64,000 nucleotides of DNA from Octopus sinensis (taxonomy: Eukaryota). Shown piece after piece: positions 1 through 13,093 of this stretch (its first letter is position 1; every line of letters begins with the position of its first letter). The DNA is taken from the NCBI RefSeq assembly GCF_006345805.1, contig NC_043003.1, forward strand, positions 41,974,001 through 42,038,000. The letters run 5' to 3'. The notes under the pieces were generated by a model. That model worked only from the letters and a program-made list of their open reading frames with translations, was not told where the DNA came from and ran no database searches. Both the position numbers and the translations under genes were made by a program.

Positions 1-102
1 GTTCGGCGTTTCTGTACGAAAACAAACAAACAAAAAAAACAGATCACATAACACCGTAAGACTGGTGTTCATATAACTGATACACACATATATGAATATG
101 CC

Positions 103-119
103 TGTGATTATGTATATAT

Positions 120-162
<43 letters not shown>

Positions 163-183
163 CACGTAGGAACATCTCCCACG

Positions 184-219
<36 letters not shown>

Positions 220-289
220 TATATATACATATATATATATACATATATATATACATTATATATATACATATACATATACATATATATAT

Positions 290-342
<53 letters not shown>

Positions 343-417
343 TTATACATATATATATATACATATACATATACATATACATAATACATATATATATATA
401 CATACATACATAGATAT

Positions 418-460
<43 letters not shown>

Positions 461-488
461 TACATAATATATACATATATATACATAC

Positions 489-544
<56 letters not shown>

Positions 545-600
545 CATACATAGATATATACATACATACATAGATACATACATTCATACATGCTTACATG
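103..600. repeat. Degenerate (TA)n/(TACA)n microsatellite. Many similar tracts occur throughout the window and are not all listed.
   Basis: Direct; explains the IY/MY-rich ORFs at 44-639. Confidence 0.97.
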
Positions 601-855
601 TGTACATGCATACAGACGTTTGTCAATAGACACATTCATATCATGTTGAAATAATGGGTTCCCCTCCGACTACTAAAATTAAGAAAAGTCGAGCCTCGTC
701 AGGACTTGCATGAATGACAGCTTGGGAAACCTATGTCCTATACAGATTTATGAGATAAGACTATGCCCCAACGTGACCGCAGTGCAATGACTGAAATAAA
801 TAAAACGAAAACACAATAAGTAAATCGATATATATATACAAATACGTATGTACAC

Positions 856-1190
856 GCATTGTGGTAACAAACTGGCTCCCCAAACACATAGTTCTAGGTT
901 CAGTCCCACATTGTGGCAACTTGGTCTAGAGTCTTCTACTATAGCTTGGAGTCGAGAAAACCCTGTGAGTGGTAGATGGAATGTCAAAGAGCCCGTCGTG
1001 CATTGATGTATGCATATATCTATGTGTGTGTGTTTGTCCCCACCCTACACATCCCCGTTTAATAATTGGTGGTGGTATGTTTATATAGCCGCAACTTGGC
1101 GGTTCGCCAGAAGATCCCGATAGAAAAAGTAGCAGGCGTAAAAAGGTAATACTGGTTCGATTTATTCGACTGAAAATTCAAGGTGATGCA
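856..1190 (+). mobile_element. tRNA-derived SINE, family A here, old diverged copy
   Basis: Alignable by eye to 15910-16378 (ttcagtcccac...gtcttctactatagc...gagcccgtcg...tttgtcccc...cgatagaa). Confidence 0.8.
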
Positions 1191-1412
1191 TGATGCACCT
1201 TACTCCCTTATATCTTTTCTTTTTCCTTCTTTTAATACTTAGTATTTCTCTCTACATTCATATTCTCCACTCTTACTGTGCTTTCTACACATTCTGATTG
1301 AATCTTCCATGCGTTAACATATACGTCCTTGCGACAATGAAACCATTCATTTAATCAAGATATCCTCGGCCTGAAGAGTAACCGGCGGTATACACCTCTC
1401 CTGGATACTTAC

Positions 1413-1434
1413 CACATCTGAGGCTCCGCTTGCT
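1413..1434 (-). CDS. Candidate 22-nt micro-exon, host gene unknown
   Basis: Minus strand reads tatttatgtttcag|agcaagcggagcctcagatgtg|gtaagt, a strong donor and plausible acceptor; all three frames are open. Splice-site inference only. Confidence 0.15.
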
Positions 1435-1468
1435 CTGAAACATAAATAGCCATTCCATAACTCTTGTA

Positions 1469-1523
<55 letters not shown>

Positions 1524-1527
<4 letters not shown>

Positions 1528-3568
1528 CCTTAAAATCCTTAAAAATGTTTTAGCCCGAAGGCCGCGGCCATCCTGGGGCACCACCGCTGAATGAGCTACA
1601 CTAGTTTGTGAATCCACCTCTGATACGTGGCACTTGATCAACAAGGGAGTTCGATGCTGCTACCCGCATCCGTGTCTCCTGTCGTGAGGTAGGTGATCTG
1701 GGACTCCCAACAAGAAGAGATCCAGTTTAGGTTTAAAGAAACCACATCCACACCATGTAAGTCTCTCAGGCATTTAGGGAGGATGTTAAAGAGCTGTGGT
1801 CCTCTGAAACCCAAGCTGTTGCAGTATCTGGACCTGTATTTTGATGGTGATGTTGGAATCCTTGGCACCACGCAGCGGCGCCCCGTTCTGCGGTTGGAGT
1901 AACTTTGAATGCCAAAGTTTGGGACAAGACCCTCCAGGATTTTCCAGATGTATATCACTGCATATCTCTCCCGCCTCCGCTCCAGGGAGAAGAGGTTTAA
2001 TACCTTCAATCTTTCCCAGTAGCTAACATTTTGCATTGAGACGATTTTCTTTGTGTAGCTTCTCTGAGTTGCTTCGAGTTCTGCTGTTTGTTTTATATTG
2101 TGTGGTGACCAAAGTTGGGAGCAGTAGTCCAAGCGGCTGAGGACGAATGTTTTCCATAGGACCATCAGTGTCTCCTCCTCTCTTGTTCTGAAAGTTAGGA
2201 GAATCCATCCAGCTAGCCGTCTGCATTTTATCACCAGATTAGCAATATGCATTTGGAAAGATGCATCATTGCTCATGTCAATGCCCAGGTCACGCACTGA
2301 TTTTGACTCAGGATTGCAATTCTTCCTGGGCCAGTGTATCCAGTCTTCACGTCATTTACCTTTGTGTGCCAGTAACGCAGGGCCTGAAACTTACCTGCAT
2401 TAAACTGCATGTTGTTGTCCTCAGCCCACCTGTATATTGTGTCCAGCTCATGTTGCAGATGCGCAATATTTTCAGGGTTTGTATTGCGTGGGAGACTTTG
2501 TGTTATCTGCATAGCTAGCAAGGGTGGTCATCGTAGCAACTGAAGGCATGTCTGAAAGGGCCACTATGAACATCAGTGGCCCCAAGACAGTGCCCTGTGG
2601 GACACCGCTTGTTATTTGCGTTTCCTTGGAGGTGGCTCCATGGCTCACACTGCCTGTTTTCTGTCTTTTAGGAAGTTGTGCAGCCACTCTCCAAGTTTCC
2701 GCCTATGCCGGAGACCACGCAGTTTGTGACAGATCATACCATGGTCGACTTTATTAAAGGCTTTTGCAAAGTCAAGATATATTACATCCACATTGAGCCA
2801 CTTAGTAGCTGTTTCAAAACCCAGTCATAGTGTTGCAGGAGCTGTGTTAGGCAGCCTCTACCTGGTCGAAATCCATGCTGGGTGTCAGACAGTAAGTCAT
2901 TTTCTTCAAGGAACATGATTAGTTTCTTACGGACTATTCGTTCCATGACTTTGCTGATGTTTGAGGTCAGAGAGATAGGCCTATAATTTTTAGCATCTGC
3001 TCTGCTACCTCCCTTATGGATAGGGCATATTACCCCCTCTTTCAGTTTGACTGGGAGCTTACCACTTGCAAGAAAGCTCTGAAAAAGAAGCGTAGCGGTT
3101 TTGCAAGGGCTCGTTTGCACGATTTGAGAAGGATCGCTGGGAATCCATCAGGTCCAGCAGCTGAGTTTGTGTCAATCTCATCAATGGCTAGTGTGATATC
3201 ATCTTCTTCGATGTTGATGTATCAATTTTTGTCTCTTTGGCCGCTGGTAAAGTGGCAAAGAATTCTTCTGGGTTGTTTAGTTGCTGTGTCCTAGAGGTGT
3301 AGTGAACACACTTTGGAACTGTTCGTTCAGTATTTCACTTATCCTCGTGGGATTTCCTGTGAGAGAGCCATCTTTTGGAAGAGAGGTCCTATTCTCTGGT
3401 GCACTGTGGCTGTCTCTTTGGCAAACTTAAAGAAAGCTTTAGGTTTGATTTTATATTTTCTATTACCCAAGCTTCTTATCTGCTCTCTCCTTTTCATGGG
3501 ACTGATGTAGACTTTTCTCAGTTTCCATTAGCATTCTTTCGAGCCTAGACTTCTCACCACTTTTCGAC
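1524..3568 (-). mobile_element. CR1/L2-type LINE, 5'-truncated, frameshifted RT and intact 3' tail
   Basis: RT motifs in the ORF track: NYRPISLTS, QHGFRPGR, GVPQGTVLGP, SYADNT, WSPH, SLERRRER. The 3' end has short (aaggatttt)-like repeats. Confidence 0.95.
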
Positions 3569-3593
3569 ATATATATATATATATATATATATA

Positions 3594-5315
3594 TACTTTG
3601 ATACTTTGATACCTTGATAGGTTTCGGCATTATTGGCCCAGGCCATGTCTAACTTAATAGCACCACCTGGTGAAGTCTTTCAAGTCAGAATTTAGGTACT
3701 ATGGCCCACTCAAGTAGAGAGTTATTGTTACAGAGACATATCCGGGTGTAGGGGGTTTATCCGGGATTTCTTGAAGGAATCTGTCCAAAGACTTCTTGAA
3801 CCCTAAGGGTCAGTTTCTGTTTTAATGTGTTTTGGTGTAATGTTAAGAGAGCGGGGCCAATTGAGGTGAAATAATTGTGCCGTATTGTTGTTATGAGATG
3901 AAAGTGCGATTTTTGTTTGGGCGGATGGCACGGGGCACAAGCCTTGGATGTACCTTAAAGGTGATGCCAACATCATTTGGGCAATGCTGATGGAATATTT
4001 TCCACATCATGCAGATGATGTAGCGCTCACGACGACGTTGGAGAGAATAGAGTTTTAGCTTTTCTAGTCGACCCCAATAGTCGAGGCCTGTCATGCCATC
4101 TATCTTTTTTGTGATTGCTCTTTGAGGTGCTTCAACTTTTATGATACCTTGTATTGTGTGGGGAGACCACAGTGGACAACAGTATTCAAGGTGGGGTCGG
4201 GCAAAAGTGGAGAAGAGAAGGATAATGGTGGGATATCTCTCGACTGGAAAGTTCTGAGAATCCAGGAACACATTCTGCGGGCCATGTCAACTTTGGTGTT
4301 TATATGAGTGGCCGCTTATGTTGTTGTCCACAATACTCCCAAGTCTCTGATGTTGTTGGACGCCGCGAGAGTTTCACCTGAAGGAAGGGAGTATGGGAGT
4401 TTCAGGGCATCCTCTTTTCCAAAGTGGATTAGCTCAAATTTATCCTCGTTCAGCAGCATATTGTTTTTTTTTCTGCCCATTGGATAACAGCTAGTAGATC
4501 TGACTGAAGGCATGTCCGGTCACTCACCTCATTTATGACCTTCTGTAGCTTGGAGTCATCTGCAAAGATTTTTATGTTGCTGTGCTTGATGATATCATTA
4601 ATGTCATTAATGTAAATGATGAAAAGAAGTGGGCCCAGCACAGTGCCTTGCGGAACGCCACTACTGACTTTGGCTGGGCTTGATTTTACCTCTTCAACTA
4701 CAACATGTTGAGATCTGTCTGTCAGGAACACTTGATCGATTTCAGTAACTTTCCAGAGACACCAATGTTGGATAGTTTTTTCAATAGGATCTTGTGATCG
4801 ACCCTGTCGAAGGCCTTACTGAAATCAAGGTAGATGACATCGGTGTTGAGCCCTCTCCAAAAGCTCTCAAAAGTCCTCAAAGTGATGCAGGAGCTGCGTT
4901 AGGCAGTCCTTCCATTACGGAACCCATGTTGGTTGAGATCAGCCGTCTGTTGCTTTCCAGAAATTGGGTTATTCGAGATCTCACCACCCTCTCAAATACC
5001 TTGATGATATGAGAGTGAGTGAGATCGGACGGTAATTCACTGCAAGGGACTTGTTTCCCTTTTTGAAAACTGGGACAACAGACTGGGACAGAAGGTTTTT
5101 GGAATATAGCCAGCATCCAGTGAGTTTCTCCCCAGATTAGCAAGGGGGGATGCAAGTTGGTGTCGACACACCTTCAGGACACAAGCAGGGAACCTATCGG
5201 GGCCTACTGCTGAATTGTGTTTTATTTCGTTTATCGCCGCTAAGACATCAGGGGCACTAAACGTTATGTCCGATATAGTGTGTTGGGGGTGACATCACTG
5301 ATACAGCCCAGATCG

Positions 5316-5320
<5 letters not shown>
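3594..5320 (-). mobile_element. Second CR1/L2-type LINE family, 5'-truncated
   Basis: [68 protein letters not shown]. The 3' tail ends in (tatcaaag)n. Confidence 0.95.
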
Positions 5321-5398
<78 letters not shown>

Positions 5399-5438
5399 TT
5401 ATATATATATATATAATATTTATATATATATATATATT

Positions 5439-5489
<51 letters not shown>

Positions 5490-5989
5490 TATAAATATGC
5501 ATGCATGTATGTATGTAGTATGTATGTATGTATGTATGTATGTATGAAGGTGAACTTTATATCCGACTTAACGTGGATGTTTTGTTAGAAGTCCGAAGAG
5601 TGCATTATTTGCCTTAGGGGTACCTGGCGTATAGACACATAGCGCACAAAACCAGTCATATTTATAACGATACCAAGTAGGAATTACCTCCGACTTGCGC
5701 CAGAACCGCTTCCTCAGTGCCAAAGATTCGGTCGCAGTTTATTAAGCCAACAACTGCTTTATTCGTTCTAACAAAACTTTCTCGTTTTGGATATAAGTTG
5801 GATATAAAGATTGCTGTTCGCTACAAATTATTATTTCTAATAAGAGTGCTGGCTATTTCCGACATTAGTGCAAGAAAAGTCACGGAAATTTTATATATAT
5901 TTGGCAGTTAGATTCTGCTGGTATGCACCCTTTGGATGGCTGGCACAGAGGTATGTCGAAATCTCTTGGTCTAGTAAGTCCGGAGTCCG

Positions 5990-6400
5990 TAGCAGACGAT
6001 TTTCACCTGCAACTGATATACATATGTGCGCTTAAATGCACCACGCATTCACGTGCGATGTTCTCTCATAAGCAACGCAGTACTTGTTATTTTAAAAAAA
6101 TCATCCACATTAAGATGGATAAAACACTTGCATTCGTACTGCTTTTGTCACCAATAACTAATTGAACATCTTTGGCAGATTTTGTATGGCGACTGAAGGA
6201 GGATAAAACGAAGTACAGCATTAACTGGTCCATAGTAAGGCATGCAAAACCATACAATATAATTTCTGGGAGGTGCCGTCTCTTGTCCGAGCAATCCCTA
6301 TCTATTCTGTGGACTAAGGAGAAGATAATTAATAGAATTTCTGAACGACTCTCGAATACTAACACGCTTATAAATGTACTTTCCAACAATGCAGTAAAAG
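5990..6400 (+). mobile_element. Penelope-like element, degenerate GIY-YIG endonuclease C-terminus
   Basis: TSLADFVWRLKEDKTKYSINWSIVRHAKPYNIISGRCRL matches the PLE pattern LSKYIWxLK...Y.I.W.I...AKPY....RC.LC. Confidence 0.75.
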
Positions 6401-7256
6401 TAAATATTGAGCAACCGTTGACTTAATTTAATTTACTTTGAGGTATCGATGACTTCAGTTTACTGCTAACCTCCCCATTCTTATAAACACCAAGTAAATA
6501 ACTATCTCGCTTTGTGATCATGAGTGCAGCAAATATCACGTGTGCGTATGCTCACATTTTTGCGGATGTTTGTATGAGCGAGTGTACTCACGACATGCAG
6601 CTTGCCCGAGGGCCTTTATACATCCATGTATGTTAACGGTTAATTTTAATACTTTTCTCGTTGGATTCCGTGTTTGTTTCTCTTTTTCTCATCTGCGATT
6701 ATATTTTTGATCTATATAAATCAAGATATTTCCACCATCTGGCTGTTATTCTCTCTACAAAACGGAAAGTTACATTGCGGAACAGACATTTTAACGAGTT
6801 GCATTTATTTATTTATCACTCAGCGAGATACATCTGCACCACCGGATGCTCCTGAACCAGTTATTGGGTGTCCCGCCCAAGAGGACTCGATGCTAGATGT
6901 GTCGAAACAATTGTGGTGATTAATAATATATTCTCGTATGTTGTATCTTCTGTCTTTCATTTGTGTATATACATATATATATATATGGGCCTTTTGATAG
7001 GCGTCTACCTGCTGCCACACAGGTTATTGAAGTGACAGAGCAACGCCAAGAGTCGCAGTACATCTGTGAGGTATCTCCATCAACAAGGCTACTATAGAAG
7101 AGCAGCTGGAAAAAATCTTCTTCATCGCCTAGCAGATACTGAAAGAAAAAACACGAAATAAATCTTTTAGAAATGACACTGTATATTCACTTTTCACCTG
7201 ATTGCGTGTGTTTATATATCATACATAAATAAATACATATATGCATACTTAGATGC

Positions 7257-7306
<50 letters not shown>

Positions 7307-7448
7307 TACATATATACGTATACATATATAAACATACATATATATTGATATGTATTTACATATATACGTATATACATAGGCATGTATAAATATATATATA
7401 TATTTATATATATATATATATACATATGTATATATATATGTATACATG

Positions 7449-7512
<64 letters not shown>

Positions 7513-7946
7513 CATGCATGTGCAATCATGTGTGTGTGATTATGTGTATGTGACAGTGTGTAAATATTCATGATTCATGTGCCTTTATGTGTGATATACT
7601 GAAAAATTGGAATTGCTTTTTCGACATGTTCATTTGTGACAGAGATTGTAGGTGTCAATGATTGCAAAATTCGATCTCTACGTGACGAGAATGACAGATC
7701 AACAGGCACAATATGAGTAAAAATATGCATAATATATATTAATATATGCATATATATGACTTCGTGTATAACTCCTTTCTATCTGTCTATCTACCTATGC
7801 ATGTATCTATCTATCTGTCTATCTATCTATCTATATATCTATCTATATATCTATCTATCTGTGTCTCTGCCTGTCTAACGTACAAACTTATATATATACA
7901 CATATATATATAGGTATATGAGTGTATGTATATATCTATCTATATA

Positions 7947-7977
<31 letters not shown>

Positions 7978-8441
7978 CTGTGTGTGTATATGCATATTTA
8001 TACGTATATATATATATATATATGCAAACGTACATGCACACACATATGTGTGGGTATGTGTATGAAATAATAATAATAGTATCAACATTAACAATAGCAA
8101 TGTTAATCATAATAATAATAATTACATATATATACATATATATATATACCTCTTTGTATATATGTTTTTGTATATGAACTTTAATATATAAATTATATAA
8201 ATTTAGTTATCGTTTATATGAAAAATTTTGACAACTTCAATTCATTTCACCACGGCAAATATTGAACGCCAAACATATAATACTTTCCTATGTTTTTACC
8301 TATCACGACACCCTTCTGTGCCCAGTGTATTAGTTTTGTGATCTCATATACATCAGTATTTTGCCTTAAATACAAAGTGTCAAAGATTATCAAATTTTTA
8401 TCGTGACATATTTCTTTTCGTGAATGTATGTACGTAGTAAG

Positions 8442-8487
<46 letters not shown>

Positions 8488-8692
8488 TACATTACATACG
8501 TACATACATACATATATATATATAATTATATATATATATACTTACAAATGCACACATAGCATATACATATGCAAAAATACATTTATACACGTGTGTGCAT
8601 TGACACCACCACATGCACACATACATAAAAAATTAAATAAGTAAATCTATCTATTTATCTAGCTATTCATGTATCTATACATACATGCATAA

Positions 8693-8730
<38 letters not shown>

Positions 8731-9379
8731 TATATATATATATATATATATATATAATTACATACAAACATAACAAACGGAAGTATATTTCCGTCCCGTG
8801 TTTACATATGTGTATATGCATATATCATAATGCGTATTGGAACGTACATCTGTCGGTGTGTACAGTTGTATATCTATATGCATGAAATTTTGTTATTTAT
8901 GAATGTAAGCACATGCCTGTGTGTGTGTGTGCGTGCGAATTTGCGTGTGTGCGCAAAGGTGTATATGTGAGTGTGTGTATAAGTAGGAATGTATGTTAGC
9001 AAATATGCGCAATGAGGGAAAAAGTATACCCGTATATCGCCTCAAAACTCATACAGATTGTGAGTCATCGTGTGTGATTTATGGTCCTTTGTGTATATAT
9101 TTATTGGGTTATTAGTGGTCTAGTAGTATATATTATATACAGAATGGCACATGCATATATAGTTAACAAGCATATATAATGAAAATGCATACAGGCATAC
9201 GTATTTTATATTCATATACTGACAGATATATCAGTTATATCTGATTTTTCAAAATAATTATGTGTATTTTAATATTTAGAAACATACGTAGTACAGACAC
9301 ACAAAGATATCCATCTATACGTATGTATATATAGAGATATAATATATATATTATTATATATATATATATATATTATATA

Positions 9380-9427
9380 TACATACATATGTTTACATAT
9401 ATACATCTATCTATCTCAGTGTAGATA

Positions 9428-9458
<31 letters not shown>

Positions 9459-10182
9459 TATATTATATATATATATATATATATAATTATAATTATATAT
9501 ATATATAAAAAACACCTGCAAACAAACATACTCAGATTGATAAACATAGTTATGTGGTCGCAAGCGCCCCTCCCCCCACATATATATGTGTGTATATATA
9601 TACACGTATGTATAGGTATGCACATATATATATGCACAATATATGTATATATATTATATATATATACACATATATATATATATATACATATATATATACA
9701 TATATATATTGTATATGTATATATATATAATATATATGTATATATATATATGCATATATATATATGCAAATATATATGCATATATAATGCATATATATAT
9801 ATGCATAATATATATATGTATTATATATATCTATATATATATATATTATATATATATATATGTATGTATGTATGTATATATATTAACCTTACTGTGCATA
9901 TATATTAAACTCAAAATCACTGGTGAGTTATTACCCGAGGTTTCTGTATCAGACAAGAATCACATCAACAGAGCAACAAGATATCAGCGCTCGAAATTAA
10001 AACAACAATAACAATAATAACTATAACCGAAGGAGAAAAATCACGTAAAATATATATAAATATTATAGTGCATCTCATGTGTGTGTATGTATATTTGTGT
10101 ATGTTGTATGTATATATATATATATTATATATATATATATACATATGTTACATATATACATCTATCTATCTCAGTGTAGATA

Positions 10183-10265
<83 letters not shown>

Positions 10266-10890
10266 TAAACACCTGCAAACAAACATACTCAGATGATTGA
10301 TAACATAGTTATGTGGTCGCAAGCGCCCCTCCCCCCACATATATATGTGTGTATTATATACACGTATGTATAGGTATGCAATATATATGCACATATATAT
10401 GTATATATATATATATATATACACATATATATATATATACAATGTATATACATATATATATATATATGTATATGTATATATAGTATTATATATATATAGC
10501 TTATGTTATATATATATAGCATATATATATATGCATATATATTGCATATATATGCATATATTATATATGCTATATATATATATGTATATATAATATATAT
10601 AATATATATTATATATATAATGTATGTATGTATGTATTATATATATTACCCTTACTGTGCATATATTAAACTCAAAATCACTGGTGAGTTTTAACCCGAG
10701 GTTTCTGTATCAGACAAGAATCACATCAACAGAGCAACAAGATATCAGCGCTCGAATTAAACAACAATAACAATAACTATAACCGAAGGAGAAAAATCAC
10801 GTAAAATATATATAAATATTATAGTGCATCTCATGTGTGTGTATGTATATTTGTGTATGTGTATGTATATATATTATATATATATATTAT
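9380..10890. repeat. Tandem duplication, two units of about 755-760 bp
   Basis: Unique anchors recur at about 9404/10159, 9907/10668 and 10068/10824. Confidence 0.95.
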
Positions 10891-10925
10891 ATATAGATTG
10901 CTGTATTTAGGAATGGACATTATAT

Positions 10926-10956
<31 letters not shown>

Positions 10957-11479
10957 CGTATATATATTTTCACGTATATATGTACGTATGCTAGTGTTTC
11001 TGTGTGTGCAAATGAGAGCACATATGTGTGTGTACTTGTGTCTATATATACATTCCATGTACGCGAGAAGAGATTAAATTTACAGAATCTATGATGTTGA
11101 AAGTATTGTACTGTTATATTTTGTGTTGGAAAAGAAGGAAAGAGGGTGCAGCTGATAAAGAAAATCGATTCTCTTTGCTTTTGTCCATTTTTGCTATGGT
11201 ATCTTTTCTTTGATGATTTGGTAGTCTACCTTTAGCGCTTTGGTGAATCTTCACTGTTCTTAGCGTGTCACGGACAAATTTCACACTTTTATTCTTACTT
11301 ACGTTGGTCTATTTGTATATCAGTTTCAGTAGGAAGTAAACAACCCTTTTGAACCATGAACAATTTGTACCAGATTTTTAGTGTTTTGAATTTTCTTTTA
11401 GACCTTTTTTTTTTTTGCAATTGTGTTATAATAGAGACCTAAATACTTCAATAAATTGGCCTTGTTTTTTTGTTTTTTT

Positions 11480-12200
11480 CACCACTGAAATTGAACTGTC
11501 AAAACGTAATATTCGAACAATTTTGTTTTTCAACTTCAAAAAAGGACGTAAAGCAGCTGAAACAGCTCGCGATATAAACAAAACGTTTGGTGAAGAAATG
11601 ACCTTAAAAATGGTTTAAATGATTTTGCAGTGGAGACCTGAGCCTTGAAGATCATGAGCGTAGTGGACGTCCATCCGCCATCGATGAATGTCAATTAAAA
11701 ATCGCCATTGAGAAATATCCACGTAAAACCACTCGAGAACTGGCAAAAGAACTTAGCCAGAAAACTGTCTGCAACCATTTGCATGCGATCGGAAAATCAA
11801 AAAAGCTTGAGAAATGGGTACCACACGATTTGAATGGAAATCAGAAAATGCGCAGATATGAAATTTGCTCATCGCTTCTTCTCCTTAACCAGACCGACCC
11901 ATTTCTCATCCTTATTGTAACTTATGGTGAAAATTGTATTCTGTACAATAATAAAAAATGTTCTTAGCAGTGATTGGAGCAAAATGAAGCACCAAAAATG
12001 TTCCCTAAACCAAAGCTCTTCAAAAAGAAGCTTATGGTGTCTACTTGGCCGTTTACTGCTGGATTCATCCATTATAAATTCTTAAAACCCGGAAAAAACC
12101 TTACTGCAGAAACATATCGCCATTAAATTGCAAAAATGTCATTCGAAGCATGTGATTATTCCAAGCATGTCACCAGTAGACTTCCAAAGAGGGAACCCTA
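11480..12200 (+). mobile_element. Mariner transposase pseudogene (SETMAR/Hsmar-like)
   Basis: IRTILFFNFKKGRKAAETARDINKTFGE, SGRP, KKLEKWVPHDL (mariner WVPHEL motif), PKPKL..KKLM; stops and frameshifts. No TIRs identified. Confidence 0.92.
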
Positions 12201-12889
12201 CATTATCCTTGACGTGGGTTAGTTTGCTTTCGTTAATTATTCAACTAATTTTGCCTAAGTCAGATTTAGAGAGACAGATCAACCGGATAGAGGATTTCGA
12301 TTGGAAACTGGGTGTATGGTACTTCAAAGTTAAATATGGGATTCTTGGTGAGTATGGTTTTGTTCTATTCAATAGGTCTAAATCCGCTATTTTTTTTATA
12401 TTTTATCTTGTTGTCCTTCTGTGCGTGTGCATGTATGTAATTAGTATTAAGCTCATTTAGCATTAAGTTGTTATAAGTTCCGAAAGGCAATGACTAGAGG
12501 TTCCCAGTTTTGCTATAATATTCCCTCTTCCTGCTAACACATATAGCTCTTTATAATACCAAACCCCCATTTCCTCATTATAACAGTATATCAGATGTGA
12601 ATCCTTCAACAATACATTTTCCCTGATGAAGGAGGTTGTGTCTAAAGTTTGAATGGCATTATCCTTTATTGGTATGGTGTACAGTACCATTGACACGACC
12701 GTCGGAGTTTAATTCTTGAAATTGGAGTACCTCCATCTAATCACTGGAAACTTTACCTACCATACAGATGCTTAAACATTTCTTTATTCACCTTTTTGCG
12801 AGGATTTGCACTTTCATTTTTTAATGAATTTTTAATACCTTTTAACAACGCTCTTAATTTGTATGTAGAATGATGTCTTCAATATATAC

Positions 12890-13093
12890 CAAAGCAAATT
12901 TGTAATTATACCTTATATTTCAATATTTTGGAGCCATGTCACCTTCTTCAGAATAAGAGGAATGGAAACGTTCGTTGCTCGCCCCGAGACATGTGAACAA
13001 CTAACTTTCCCATCCCTCTCTTTTTCTCATATTCTGAAGAAAGGCCATAGCCCCGAAATATAAAGATATAAGGTAAACTACAACTTTGTTTTG
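12890..13093. repeat. About 70-bp imperfect inverted repeat, each arm carrying a hammerhead-like CTGAAGA...GAAA motif
   Basis: Arms 12890-12959 (-) and 13024-13093 (+) are about 80% identical by manual alignment. Confidence 0.75.

Noticed and set aside
44-639. Long ORFs rich in I/Y/M/C/V/T/H here and throughout the track
   Set aside because: They are translations of (TA)n, (TG)n and (TATG)n microsatellites.
1404-1415. ATACTTACC resembling the U1 snRNA 5' end
   Set aside because: Nothing beyond these nine bases matches U1; it is simply the complement of a 5' splice-site motif.
5215-5320. CTGATG...GAAA on the minus strand, hammerhead-like
   Set aside because: It is LINE coding sequence ([22 protein letters not shown]).
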